Assembly (NCBI GenBank): GCA_965197905.1
Contig: CBDAOB010000005.1
Coordinates: 1,056,001-1,120,000, forward strand
Source of the DNA: Candidatus Latescibacterota bacterium
Lineage (GTDB): Bacteria; Latescibacterota; UBA2968; UBA8231
DNA: 64,000 nucleotides
Direction: 5' to 3'
Shown here: positions 1 to 10,200 of the stretch, piece after piece
How the letters are laid out: the number at the start of each line of letters is the position of its first letter
Numbering within the stretch: position 1 is the first letter of the stretch
The notes under the pieces: model-generated
What the model was told of the DNA's origin: nothing
The model's database searches: none
Seen by the model: only the letters and a program-made list of their open reading frames with translations
Position numbers and translations under genes: made by a program

Positions 1-351
1 GGGTCGGGGGCAGATCTCGTATTCGAGGTTTCCGGCTCCCAGGCGGCGGCGTCGATCATGAGCGAGCTGCTGTGCGCCCGCGGTTTGATGCTCGTGGTCG
101 CCGTCTTCGGCGAGCCGCCGCGCATCAATCTGAAGAGCTGTTTCATGCGCGAGCTGCGCCTGCAGTCGGTTCGCTGTTACACCCACGAGGATTTCGATGC
201 AGCGATCGATCTGATCGCCAGCGGTCAGTATCCGTTCGAGCGCGTGATAACCGGGCAGGTCCAGGTAGAAGAGCTTGGCGATGTATTCAACGAGATGGAG
301 ACGGGCGCGCCGGTCATGAAGACCTTGCTGAAGATTGGTGGACAGGCTTGA
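1..351 (+). CDS. Zn-dependent alcohol dehydrogenase (MDR family), C-terminal part, 5'-truncated by window edge
   Basis: Frame 1 is open from base 1 (GSGADLVFEVSGSQAAASIM...), continuing into the 58..351 ORF. D-x-V-F-E-x-S-G and 'Y..EDF..AI.LI' are typical of MDR C-termini. Confidence 0.8.
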   Translation, partial: GSGADLVFEVSGSQAAASIMSELLCARGLMLVVAVFGEPPRINLKSCFMRELRLQSVRCYTHEDFDAAIDLIASGQYPFERVITGQVQVEELGDVFNEMETGAPVMKTLLKIGGQA

Positions 352-1118
352 GTGTGCTCGAAGGTTTCCAGTTGCACGGTAAGACGGCGCTGGTCACCGG
401 CTGCCGTCGGGGCATCGGTGCCGGCATGGCTCAAGCGTTGGCTGAAGCGGGCGCCGATATCGTCGGGGTCAGCGCCCAGCTGGAAAGCAGCGGAAGCGAG
501 GTGCAATCGTTGGTGGAAAGGTGTGGCCGCACCTTCAAAGGATACGCATGTGATCTTGGAGATCGCGCCGCGGTCCGCCAGTTCATCGCCGAGGTCAAGA
601 ACCAGGAAGCGGCGATCGATATTCTGATCAACAATGCCGGAATCATCCGGCGAACTCCCGCCGCGGATCATTCCGATACTGATTGGGACGATGTTCTGGA
701 GGTGAACCTGTCGGCTCAGTTCGTGCTGGCGCGCGAGTTTGGCAGGGGCATGATCGAACGCGGCGATGGCAAGATCGTCTTCACCGCTTCCATCCTGAGT
801 TTTCAGGGCGGCATCACCGTGCCCGGGTATGCCGCGTCGAAAGGGGCGATCGCTCAATTGACCATGGCGCTGGCCAATGAATGGGCGGGCAGTGGAGTAA
901 ATGTGAATGCCATAGCGCCGGGGTACATCCGCACGGACAATACCCAGGCGCTGCAGGATGACGAGGAACGTTTCCAGCAGATTCTAACGCGGATCCCGGC
1001 GGGGCGTTGGGGCACCACGGACGATTTGAAGGGCGCGGTCGTGTTCCTCAGTTCGTCCGCTTCTTCCTACGTCAACGGTATCACTCTCGTCGTCGACGGA
1101 GGTTGGATGGGGCGGTGA
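348..1118 (+). CDS. kduD: SDR oxidoreductase, 2-dehydro-3-deoxy-D-gluconate 5-dehydrogenase-like
   Basis: TTG start overlaps the upstream TGA. TGCRRGIG, NNAGIIRR, SILSFQGGITVPGYAASKG, LANEWA, RIPAGRWG and VDGGWMGR are all characteristic of the KduD family. Confidence 0.8.
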   Translation: MSVLEGFQLHGKTALVTGCRRGIGAGMAQALAEAGADIVGVSAQLESSGSEVQSLVERCGRTFKGYACDLGDRAAVRQFIAEVKNQEAAIDILINNAGIIRRTPAADHSDTDWDDVLEVNLSAQFVLAREFGRGMIERGDGKIVFTASILSFQGGITVPGYAASKGAIAQLTMALANEWAGSGVNVNAIAPGYIRTDNTQALQDDEERFQQILTRIPAGRWGTTDDLKGAVVFLSSSASSYVNGITLVVDGGWMGR

Positions 1119-2122
1119 TGATCAGCTGCGCGCAATACGGCACCAAACACCGGCATGCGGGGGGCAAGCTTCTGGCTCTGCAGAGAAACCCTGAGGTATC
1201 TCTCGCCGGCGTCTACGAACCCGATCCCGACCGGCGCAGGGAAGTTCAGGATGCGGAGGAAGATAACGCCTACGCAGGGGTGCACTGGTTCGAGAGCGCG
1301 GCGGAGATCCTGGAGAATCCGGATATAGTGGCGGTGGCATCGGAGGGCAACAATCGCGAAAGCCTCGAGCAGACCTCCGCACTGGTGCGCGCCGGCAAAC
1401 ATGTCTGGTACGACAAGCCGGCCGGAGATGACTGGGAATCCTGGCGCACCGTCGTCGCCGAGGCGGAAGAGCGAGGACTATTCGTCCAGCTGGGGTACAT
1501 GCTGCGTTACCACGACGGGTTCGCACGGATCATCAGCTGGGCCAAGAACGAAGTTCTGGGGGATATCTTTTTCGTGCGTGCCCATATGTCGACGCATATT
1601 CCGGAGGAATACCGGCGACAAATCGCCCGGGATCATATGGGCGGCATCATGTTCGACCTTGGCGGTCACGTGCTCGATCAGATCGTCTGGTTATTGGGTC
1701 GTCCGAGCAAGGTTACACCCTTTCTGCGCAATGACGGTATCAGGATACCCGATTTTCCCGACAACACCCTCGCCGTGTTCGAGTTCGAACGGGCCATGGC
1801 GATCATCGAGATCTCAGCGATGGAAAGCCGGCCCATGGCACGCCGGTTCGAGGTCTATGGCAGCAACGGCAGCGCAATAATCCTCGAACCGTTCGAACCC
1901 GGTCATCAGGTGCGTCTCTGTCTCGAAGAGCCGCGGGAAGGGTACTCGTCGGGAGCCCACCTGCTGTCCATACGGGGCTGCTCCCGGCAGCAACTCTACG
2001 AGCTCGAGCTGGAGGCGTTCCTGGCTGCCGTCAAAGGGGAGCAACCGCCGGACCGCCCTTTCGACCACGAGCTGCTGGTTCAGGAGAGTCTGCTGCGAGC
2101 TACCGGCCATTTGCCCGGTTGA
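1115..2122 (+). CDS. Gfo/Idh/MocA family oxidoreductase
   Basis: GTGA overlap with the kduD stop (start 1115 or 1118). AGKHVWYDKP, GYMLRY and GGIMFDLGGHVLD motifs. Confidence 0.8.
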   Translation: MMISCAQYGTKHRHAGGKLLALQRNPEVSLAGVYEPDPDRRREVQDAEEDNAYAGVHWFESAAEILENPDIVAVASEGNNRESLEQTSALVRAGKHVWYDKPAGDDWESWRTVVAEAEERGLFVQLGYMLRYHDGFARIISWAKNEVLGDIFFVRAHMSTHIPEEYRRQIARDHMGGIMFDLGGHVLDQIVWLLGRPSKVTPFLRNDGIRIPDFPDNTLAVFEFERAMAIIEISAMESRPMARRFEVYGSNGSAIILEPFEPGHQVRLCLEEPREGYSSGAHLLSIRGCSRQQLYELELEAFLAAVKGEQPPDRPFDHELLVQESLLRATGHLPG

Positions 2123-2171
2123 GAAAACCCCATCATCTGTATGACCAAACTCCAAAAAGGAGCGCTTCGTC

Positions 2172-2963
2172 ATGTTGGTAGAAGGCAAGAAAGCACTCAT
2201 CACCGGATCCGGTCGGGGCATCGGCCGCGGCATCGCCCAGCTGCTGGCCGAGGAAGGGGCCGATGTTGGGATCAACGATCTGGAGCGCAACGAGGCGGCT
2301 GAAGAGACCCTGCAGCTGGTCGGTGACACCGGGCGCAAAGCGAGCTGGCATCAGGCAGACGTCAGCACGGCCGATGGGATCAACCGGATGATCGACGAAT
2401 TCATCGCGACCCACGGCCGCATCGACATCATGGTGAACAACGCCGTTTCCACCCACGACAAACCGTTTCTCGAGATTACCGAAGAGGATTGGGATGCGGA
2501 GCTGGCTGTCGCCTTGAAGGGATATTTCCTCTGCAGCCAGCGCGCGGCGCGGGAGATGGTGAAGCAAGGGGATGGTGGCCGCATCGTCTGTATCAGCAGC
2601 GTTCACGCCCTCAGGGCCTGGGATGGGGATCTGATCTACGGTGTGTGCAAGGCCGGTCTGCTGCGCATGGTGCGCAGTATCGCCCTGGATCTCCACGGAC
2701 ACGACATAAACGCCAACTGCATCCTGCCCGGTTACATCGACAGCCGCTTGCTGCCTCCGGAGGAGGAGCACAAACGCGGCAAGATCGGCCATGCCGAGCA
2801 TGCCTGGCCCTGGATTCCGTGCAATCGCAGCGGCCTGCCCCTCGACATCGCCAAGGCCGTGCTGTTCCTGTCTTCCGGATTAAGCGACTATGTCAACGGC
2901 GAGTCCATCACGGTCGACGGTGGCTTGTTGGTGGGTGGCACACCCGAAACCAACCAAAGCTGA
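2172..2963 (+). CDS. SDR family NAD(P)-dependent oxidoreductase
   Basis: TGSGRGIG, VNNA, YGVCK (YxxxK), PGYID and GESITVDGG motifs. Confidence 0.85.
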   Translation: MLVEGKKALITGSGRGIGRGIAQLLAEEGADVGINDLERNEAAEETLQLVGDTGRKASWHQADVSTADGINRMIDEFIATHGRIDIMVNNAVSTHDKPFLEITEEDWDAELAVALKGYFLCSQRAAREMVKQGDGGRIVCISSVHALRAWDGDLIYGVCKAGLLRMVRSIALDLHGHDINANCILPGYIDSRLLPPEEEHKRGKIGHAEHAWPWIPCNRSGLPLDIAKAVLFLSSGLSDYVNGESITVDGGLLVGGTPETNQS

Positions 2964-3049
2964 TAGCGGCCGATGCCATCGTCGGGCTGCGGGCTTCGAA
3001 ACTTGCGGGTGCCGCCTACTCCGCCGCGAAACCTGCGTCCCGGAACTGA

Positions 3050-3496
3050 TTATGAAGCCGGTCGACCAGATCTACCAGTAGTCCGGCCGCTGGCTTCACC
3101 CACCATCACCCGGGTGCCTTCCTGGTTCTCGCACCAGACTTCCAAGGAACAGGTGCCATCCGCTTCAATGTCGGCGATGCGGGCTTTGGTCTGTACGGTA
3201 TCGTTCTCGGCCACCGGGTGGATGAATTTGAGGTTCGAGGTGGTGCCGTGCCGCAGCCAGCCGGCGCCAAAGAGCTCGATCATGAGCTCGGCGAGATGGC
3301 CCAGGTACTGGGTCGAGGAGACGTAGATCGTCTCGAGACCGGACGCCTTTGCAGTCTGCAGGTCGGTGTGAATGTTCTTCCGCGGCCAACCGGGGGTATT
3401 GAGCGGTCCTCCGGAAAAGGCGGCGATCCGTTCCCAAGACATCTTCTTCGTTCTACCGGCAAACACCTTCCCAATTTCAGTATCTCTGTCAATCAT
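3050..3496 (-). CDS. MaoC-like hotdog-fold dehydratase
   Basis: NIHTD..TAKASGL and LKFIHPVAENDTV motifs; 'LEVWCENQEG' strand pattern. Confidence 0.7.
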   Translation of the reverse strand: MIDRDTEIGKVFAGRTKKMSWERIAAFSGGPLNTPGWPRKNIHTDLQTAKASGLETIYVSSTQYLGHLAELMIELFGAGWLRHGTTSNLKFIHPVAENDTVQTKARIADIEADGTCSLEVWCENQEGTRVMVGEASGRTTGRSGRPAS

Positions 3497-3504
3497 CGAT
3501 ATTC

Positions 3505-3930
3505 TCAGGTGAGTTTTGGAGCCGCGAAAGTGTTGGTCATTTTTCTCCGCAGGATCTCCAGCCCATCTTCGTCGGCAATGAGTATGTCCAGCACATGCCA
3601 GGGCCGTCCCCGTTTTTCGAACTTTTCGACCACTTCCCAGGTGACGGTCAAACGTTTGCCCACCCGTGCTGGATTACAGTAGTTGGTCTCTTCGGCTGCG
3701 TGAATCTCAGCCCACCCTTGCGGAAGATGGAAAGATGAGCTCCGTGTATTGTTGCTCATATTGAGCAACAGTCCGGGGTGCGCAATGGGATCCTCCGCGT
3801 CGAGGTAGATCGCGCTGTAGTCCTCCTCGGCGTATAGGTACTGTTCGTTGAGCTCGCGAGTGACGACAAATTCGAGCGGCGCAAAGCGCTCGCCAACGTC
3901 CATTATATGCGCACTTTTCGGTTCCGACAC
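3505..3930 (-). CDS. MaoC/FAS1-like hotdog-fold protein (probable partner of the adjacent MaoC protein)
   Basis: IAHP, IHAAEE..YCNPARVG and EKFEKRGRP motifs; 8 nt from the downstream MaoC gene. Confidence 0.65.
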   Translation of the reverse strand: MSEPKSAHIMDVGERFAPLEFVVTRELNEQYLYAEEDYSAIYLDAEDPIAHPGLLLNMSNNTRSSSFHLPQGWAEIHAAEETNYCNPARVGKRLTVTWEVVEKFEKRGRPWHVLDILIADEDGLEILRRKMTNTFAAPKLT

Positions 3931-4082
3931 GGTTCAAACTCCTTTGGTTTGGCTTGGCAGTATCGGGCGACGAAGACCGGAGAAGGGAAGGAAAGATAAG
4001 GATTGCATGGTGAGCGGCAATCGAGCAGGTTTTGTATTCGCTGCCGTGACGGGTGGCCAATTTATCGGAAAACGAGGATCTC

Positions 4083-5849
4083 ATGAAATATCTGATGCGG
4101 TTTCTTGCCGCGATAGGCGCGCTGACGCTTCTGGCGGTCGTGCTTCTGGTAATCGCCGTGAGTCTGGTCGGCAGTGGGAAAGAGTCGGTTCCCGAAACGG
4201 CCATTCTTGAGCTCGACCTGGAGCAGCAGTTGGTCGAGTACGTTCCCGAGGATCCGGTTGCCCAGGCGCTGTCTTTGGCGGAAGAGCAGCTGACGGTTCG
4301 CCAGGTGACGGAGGCGCTAGAGCGAGCAGCGGACGACTCCAGGGTGGTTGGAATCTTTGCCCGCGTTGGGGCGGCTCCTATGGGGATGGCGGTGATTCAG
4401 GAGCTGCGCGATGCAATAATGGCCTTTCAAGAAGTTGGGAAGTTCGCCGTCGCGCATGCCGAAACCTTCGGGGAATTCGGACCTGGGAGTGGCTCCTACT
4501 ATTTAGCCACCAGTTTCGGAGAGATCTACCTGCAGCCCAGCGGAGATCTGGGTTTGACCGGCATCATGTATGAAAGCCCCTTTCTAAGAGGGGCCATGGA
4601 GAGGCTCCACATAAAGCCGCGGCTGTCGAAACGCAAGGAGTACAAGAATGCGGCCAATCTGTTCACCGAGGAGTCGTACACCGAAGCCCATAAAGAGTCG
4701 GTCACGAGGCTCATGAACGCTCAGTTCCTCCAGCTGGTCGCCGGAATCGGCGCGGCTCGAGGAATGGAAGGCGACGCGGTAAAGGCGCTGATGGAGGTCG
4801 CGCCTCTGAGTTCCCAGAATGCTCTCGACAGCGGATTGATTGATGGTCTCTACTACCGCGATGAGGTTTCCGAGCAGGTGAAGAAGCGAGCTGAGAACGG
4901 CAAGCTGATCGAGTTGAAGAAGTACCTGCGAAAGACGAAGGATTCGATCGAAACAGGTCCGGTGATCGCCCTGGTCTACGGTACTGGCCAGGTACACCGG
5001 GGGAAGAGCGATTTTAATCCATTGGGCGGTTCGCCCTCCATGGGGAGTAGCACCGTCACCGCCGCCGTTCGCGACGCCGCGAAGGAAGAGGATGTGAAAG
5101 CGATTGTCTTCCGCGTCGACTCGCCGGGAGGATCCTACGTGGCTTCGGATGCGATCTGGCGCGAATTTCAACAGGCTCGAGAGGCAGATAAGCCGGTGAT
5201 CGTCAGCATGGGCAACGTCGCCGCCTCCGGGGGATATTTCGTCTCGATACCGGCCACCAAGATCGTTGCACAACCGGGCACTATCACGGGATCGATCGGG
5301 GTGCTGGCAGGTAAGCTGGTCACCGGCGAGTTCTGGAAGAGGCACCTTGGGGTTACCTGGGACGAGGTGCACACCAATACCAACGCTACCATGTGGACCG
5401 GCGTCCAGGATTACACCCCGCAACAGCAGGAGAAGCTGGAACAGGTGCTGGACCGGATCTATCTAGATTTCACCGGCAAGGTAGCTGCCGCACGGGATCT
5501 GACGACGAGCCAGGTCGAGGCAGTCGCCGGCGGCCGGATCTGGAGCGGCTCCGACGCCATGGCCCACGGATTGGTCGACACGCTTGGGGGATTGGAGCTG
5601 GCGGTGCGCCTGGCAAGTGAGGAAGCCGGGCTCGACCCACAGGAACCGGCAACCTTTCGCATATATCCGCGTCCGAAACCATTGCTGGAGCAGCTGCTGG
5701 AACGGCTGGATACCGGTGGCGGCGCCCAGGCAACGGCCGGTCGTCAGCTGGCCGTTATCCTCAAGCCGCTTGCTCGGGTCGCCGCAGAGCTGGAAAACGC
5801 CCATGCCGGCGGAGTTCTGCAGATGCCGGGGCTAAAGCCCTCGTGGTAG
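4083..5849 (+). CDS. sppA: Signal peptide peptidase SppA, 67-kDa type
   Basis: N-terminal TM segment and GAGG RBS before ATG 4083. YYLA, EYKNA, FRVDSPGGS, SMGNVAASGGY, TITGSIGV and GRIWSG..A...GLVD.LGG motifs. Confidence 0.92.
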   Translation: MKYLMRFLAAIGALTLLAVVLLVIAVSLVGSGKESVPETAILELDLEQQLVEYVPEDPVAQALSLAEEQLTVRQVTEALERAADDSRVVGIFARVGAAPMGMAVIQELRDAIMAFQEVGKFAVAHAETFGEFGPGSGSYYLATSFGEIYLQPSGDLGLTGIMYESPFLRGAMERLHIKPRLSKRKEYKNAANLFTEESYTEAHKESVTRLMNAQFLQLVAGIGAARGMEGDAVKALMEVAPLSSQNALDSGLIDGLYYRDEVSEQVKKRAENGKLIELKKYLRKTKDSIETGPVIALVYGTGQVHRGKSDFNPLGGSPSMGSSTVTAAVRDAAKEEDVKAIVFRVDSPGGSYVASDAIWREFQQAREADKPVIVSMGNVAASGGYFVSIPATKIVAQPGTITGSIGVLAGKLVTGEFWKRHLGVTWDEVHTNTNATMWTGVQDYTPQQQEKLEQVLDRIYLDFTGKVAAARDLTTSQVEAVAGGRIWSGSDAMAHGLVDTLGGLELAVRLASEEAGLDPQEPATFRIYPRPKPLLEQLLERLDTGGGAQATAGRQLAVILKPLARVAAELENAHAGGVLQMPGLKPSW

Positions 5850-5853
5850 AGGA

Positions 5854-6099
5854 TCAGGTCTTGGTGAGGAACTGTTCGATCTGTCGCTTGAAGCGGGCGC
5901 CGTAGATCATGTCGAAGGTGTCCTGCTTGCCGGGGAAAAGCAGGCCGATCTGAAAGCGAAGATCGCCGGCGCGCTCGTGAGCTTCATGGGGATCAACTAG
6001 ACGGTTCTCGATCAGATGCGAGAGGTGGTCCACCATTTCGCGCACCGTTTGGAGGCGCACGGCCTCCCGTCCGCAGCGCAATTCATTGATGGAAGCCAT
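5854..6099 (-). CDS. Small conserved hypothetical protein
   Basis: 81-aa ORF abutting the upstream aldo/keto reductase stop, with an RBS-like GAGGA; 'LFPGK..TFDMIY..RF.R' segment. Confidence 0.6.
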   Translation of the reverse strand: MASINELRCGREAVRLQTVREMVDHLSHLIENRLVDPHEAHERAGDLRFQIGLLFPGKQDTFDMIYGARFKRQIEQFLTKT

Positions 6100-7029
6100 T
6101 CAACTGTCCTCTTTCACCGGACCGTAATCAGGGCCCCACGCTTCTGCGATCTTTCGTCCGTCGCGATCTAGCGCGGGGAGGTCGGGGGCGGCCAAGGGTG
6201 CATAATCCTTGACCCACGAAAGATTCTCCGCCAGTTCTTGCTCATTGTACATCCCGATCACAGCGATTGCTATCCCGGGCAACCCCAGGGCATAACGCAA
6301 CGCCTTCTGGTGATCGTGCGGGCCATGGGCTGCCAGGGCCGACTTGCGCTTCGATTCCGTCGGGCCGGTTTCGTAGTTCATCGACTCCGCGCCGCCGTAC
6401 ACCTTCATGGCGGCCACACCTACATTTCGTTCCACTGCCAGCGGCAACACCAGCTCCTCGAAATTGTAGGTGTAACGGTCGGCATAGTTCATCCCCAACA
6501 TCACCACATCGACCTCGGCCTCACGCAGGATACGCGCCGCCTTCCGGGGCCGATTGTGGGTGCTGAAACCCAGGTATCGGGTCCATCCCCGACGCTGAGC
6601 TTCCCGCAATCCTGCGAGAGCACCGCCGGCGCTCAAGACTTCATCCGTGTCCAGGCCGCCCACGTCGTGGACGTAGGTCAGGTCCACCTGATCGATCCCC
6701 AGGTCTGTGAGGTTCTCCTGAAGGATGTCCAGTGCTTTCGTGGCGCTTGCGGTAAGGACCTTGGTTACGACAAAAACCTCGTCGCGGCGCGCGGGTAGCA
6801 TCTGCCCGAGCTGTTTTTGCGCGCGTCCGTAGCCGGGAGCCGTATCCAGGTAGGTTACTCCGCGATCTACCGCTGCGTGGAATAGCTCTATAGCAGCTTC
6901 ATCTTCGAGGCCTATGCCGGCGGGGGCGGTTCCAAGTCCTAGTATAGGCACGATTTCCCCGGTTTTTCCGAGGATGCGCTCGGGCATTCCCCTTGCGTCC
7001 GTAACTGTTTTTAAATCAATATCTTGCAT
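6100..7029 (-). CDS. Aldo/keto reductase
   Basis: LGKTGE.V..LGLG, YLDTAPGYG, RDEVFVVTK, RYLGFSTH and AMKVYGG motifs. Confidence 0.9.
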   Translation of the reverse strand: MQDIDLKTVTDARGMPERILGKTGEIVPILGLGTAPAGIGLEDEAAIELFHAAVDRGVTYLDTAPGYGRAQKQLGQMLPARRDEVFVVTKVLTASATKALDILQENLTDLGIDQVDLTYVHDVGGLDTDEVLSAGGALAGLREAQRRGWTRYLGFSTHNRPRKAARILREAEVDVVMLGMNYADRYTYNFEELVLPLAVERNVGVAAMKVYGGAESMNYETGPTESKRKSALAAHGPHDHQKALRYALGLPGIAIAVIGMYNEQELAENLSWVKDYAPLAAPDLPALDRDGRKIAEAWGPDYGPVKEDS

Positions 7030-7241
7030 GCCAGCCGTCCCGTGTGCCAGGCGGTAGAGAACGACCCAAATCTAAGCCCCATTTGTAGCCCTGCAAAGGA
7101 AAACCTCCTGAAAAGAGGGGGCACCGTGACTAGGATCACGCAGAAACCGTCCTACCTCGTCGAAATCTATAAGTAAGAGACATCACGTAATACTACGTAA
7201 TAGTTTTTGGTTCGTAACTCAGAGACGAGGAGACGGGTACC

Positions 7242-10200
7242 ATGAACGCTATAGCCGCACTATCGCTTCTTCTGCTGGTTCTTTCTTTCCCAGGACACAC
7301 CCAGACCCTTGAACAGCTGGATGCTTCAGTGCCATCTGATTGGTGGTCCGAAAGCGGCAACCACATGGACGGGCTGTGGGTGAAAGACGGTATCGTTTTT
7401 TCCGTCTCCGATCGCAAAGACCGCTTGATTCTTGAAGGTCCTGGGTTCCAGGTTACGGATGAGACCGTCTTTATCAACAGCAACTTCTGGAACAACGATC
7501 CCTCAGAATTCGATGGCCGCGAGCTATCACTCGCCGAGTTCGCCGAACGGATCGAAGCCGGAGAAGCCCCGGATTTGGTCACCGTCTGGAGCTTGCCTTT
7601 GAGCGACGGCAGCGCCGTTGCCCAACGGGCACAGTACGGCATCTCGCCCGAACCTACCGATCGCGCCTTTCACTTCGGCCGCATTGAACAGGACGAAGAT
7701 CGCGGCACGATCCTTCGCGCCTTGGGAGAGCATTGGGAACTGGTGGGGGAGGTGGGAGATGAAAACGGCGATCCCATCGTGGACCTCTTCGGGGATCTGC
7801 TGCAAACCGAGAAATTCCCCCTTCCGGGTGACCGCGTGCGTTTGCTTCTGCACAACGGCACCGTTCTGCGCATCGTTCGCGATCCGCCCCTCATCGGGGA
7901 GTCCCATCACGCATCCACCTTCACCGAACGCCGGATCATTGGCGAGATCTTGCCCGATCGCCGGGCGTTACGCCTTCAGGGTCCCGTTGTCGTGGTTGGG
8001 GCGCACACCGAGTTCTACAACGAGCGCGGACTCGGTATCGACCGGGAGGCTTTTGCCGATCGGTTGGAACCGGGCGATCCGCTCCAGGTGGAAGGCGAAT
8101 ACCGGGGGCAGCTCTTTCACGCTCGAAGCGTCGACCTGCTGCAGGACATTCACGAGTCGAGGGCATTTCGTGACGGCAACTTCTGGCGCTTTTATGCCGG
8201 AAAATTCGAAGTCACCACGGGTGCCTTGAGGACCCTGGAACAGCATTACACCCAGGTCGCAGCAGACGCCTCGTTGGTCGACGTGGAAACAGATGCCCGC
8301 ATCTCCTTCGAGGATCTCGTCTCGGGGATGTCGGTCAGGATCGAGCGGCTGCATTGCACTGATCCACGGCACACACCGACTGCCGAACTCCGCAGCAAAC
8401 ATTTCTGCGATATCGTTGTCGCGCTGGACGCCAACGTCCCCATTGACGCCGATGTGGAGATTTACCACGAGTGGAACCGGGACGGTATCGTTGCGCGCAT
8501 CGAGGAGAACTTCGTGGGCCGAGAGCTGGTTCTGCAGGGTCCGATCGTGCGCAGGGATCGATTCACCGAGATAACTACTGGCGACGGTTTTCCCGCCGAT
8601 CTCCATGAGCTGCGTCCCGGGCAGAAGGTCTATCTGGAGATCGTGCCGGCCCGTGACCCCCTCGTCGCTTTGGCACGAAAAATACAGATGTGGAACCCGC
8701 AACTGGGCTACGGTGACGGGCCCGGAATCGCCATCGGCACGATCGATGCGGTTGAGAACGATCTCATCTATCTAGAAGGAGAGCGATTCTCCCTGCCCGC
8801 CGAGCTGGTGGTTCAGGATGAGGAGGGTGAAGAGCTGAAGACCCAGCAGTTGAAGGGCGGAACCTATGTGGAATTGAGGATTCAGGACACCTCGGTGGGC
8901 CGTCGAACCACACAGATTCGAATCCAGAGTAGGGATCCGCATTTTCAGCCTCAGCGCGAAGAGCAGGTTCAGCTCTTCGAAATCGCCAACGATGGCAGGT
9001 TGATCCTCGCCGGTCCGCGAATGACGCTGGTTCCCCGGCCCGCCGGCTCCACCCGCGGCACCGAGCTCATCGGTCGCCACGGTGAAGAGCTCTCGTTGAC
9101 CGAATTCTCGGAGGAGATTGGGCGATCTCCGGATGTGAAGCTCATCGCCGTCAACCGAACTAGCCGTGCCTCAGGGGTGGAAGTAGCGTTATTGGTTCGC
9201 ATCTACAACCATCAGGTCCCGTGGGAAGAGCAAGTACCGGACGGAGCTGAGGTCGGATACCTGGGATGGTTGGATGGGGATCAGCTGCAGCTGATTGACA
9301 GGGATCGCTGGTTACATCTGGCTGTGGATGCGAGCGTCCGCCGTGACGGAGAGCTTTTGCCGCTGGAATCCGTTGCTCCCGGGTCGACGGTGCGGATCAG
9401 CATCGCCTCAGTCCCTTCCGGATACGCTCGTTTCTTCGGGGATATCGTCAGTCACATCGAGGTCGCCACCGGATCTGTTGCACATGAAGGCCGGTCCGGT
9501 GCCATCCAAGGCGTCATCGAGGAGCTGGACCAAAGAGGCCGCAGTTTCGCGCTGCGGGGAACCGAATTTAGATACGACCCCTTTCTCACCACCGTCATGT
9601 TGTCGAGCGGTGAGCGCGTCAGCGTAGAGGAGTTGAGCAGCGGAGAATTGCTGGCCATCGAATCCGTCCCGGGTGAGATACCTACGGCGACCCAGATATT
9701 TGTCGTCGGCGACGAAAGTCTCCGCTTCGGTGGGGAGATGGCATTCGGGCGACTGCGGTCGTATCACGTCGGCGACCGGCTTCTCAGTGTTGAAGGACCA
9801 CAGTTCGAGGTACCGGAATCAGTCGAGATCTACAGTGCGGACGGACGGCAGCTGACTTTGGCCGACGTGCGGCCGGGGCATCGGGTTTCCGTATACGTGG
9901 ACGGGCATTCCGCGTCTATCGCTCGCCGCATCGAGATTCAGCACGAATTGGAGGAGGAATCCGGATTGAGCGTGGTTTCCGGCGTGCTCACTTCCGGATC
10001 CAAAGCGGATCTCTACGACATCGAGGTGCAGTTCAGCGAGCCACTAGTAGTCCGCCGCAGTTACGTCGCCGTCGATATGGCGTTGCATCCACGCCCCCCG
10101 GCAGGAGATCTCATGGGATACCTGAATGCAACCCGCGACTTGGAGGAGGGCAACCGGAGAATCGTCCTGAGGGACGTGCCGCTTGATCCCCAGCAGACCT

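Noticed and set aside
72..347. N-terminal extension of the kduD ORF
   Set aside because: It overlaps the upstream dehydrogenase in another frame; the TTG at 348 gives a normal SDR length.
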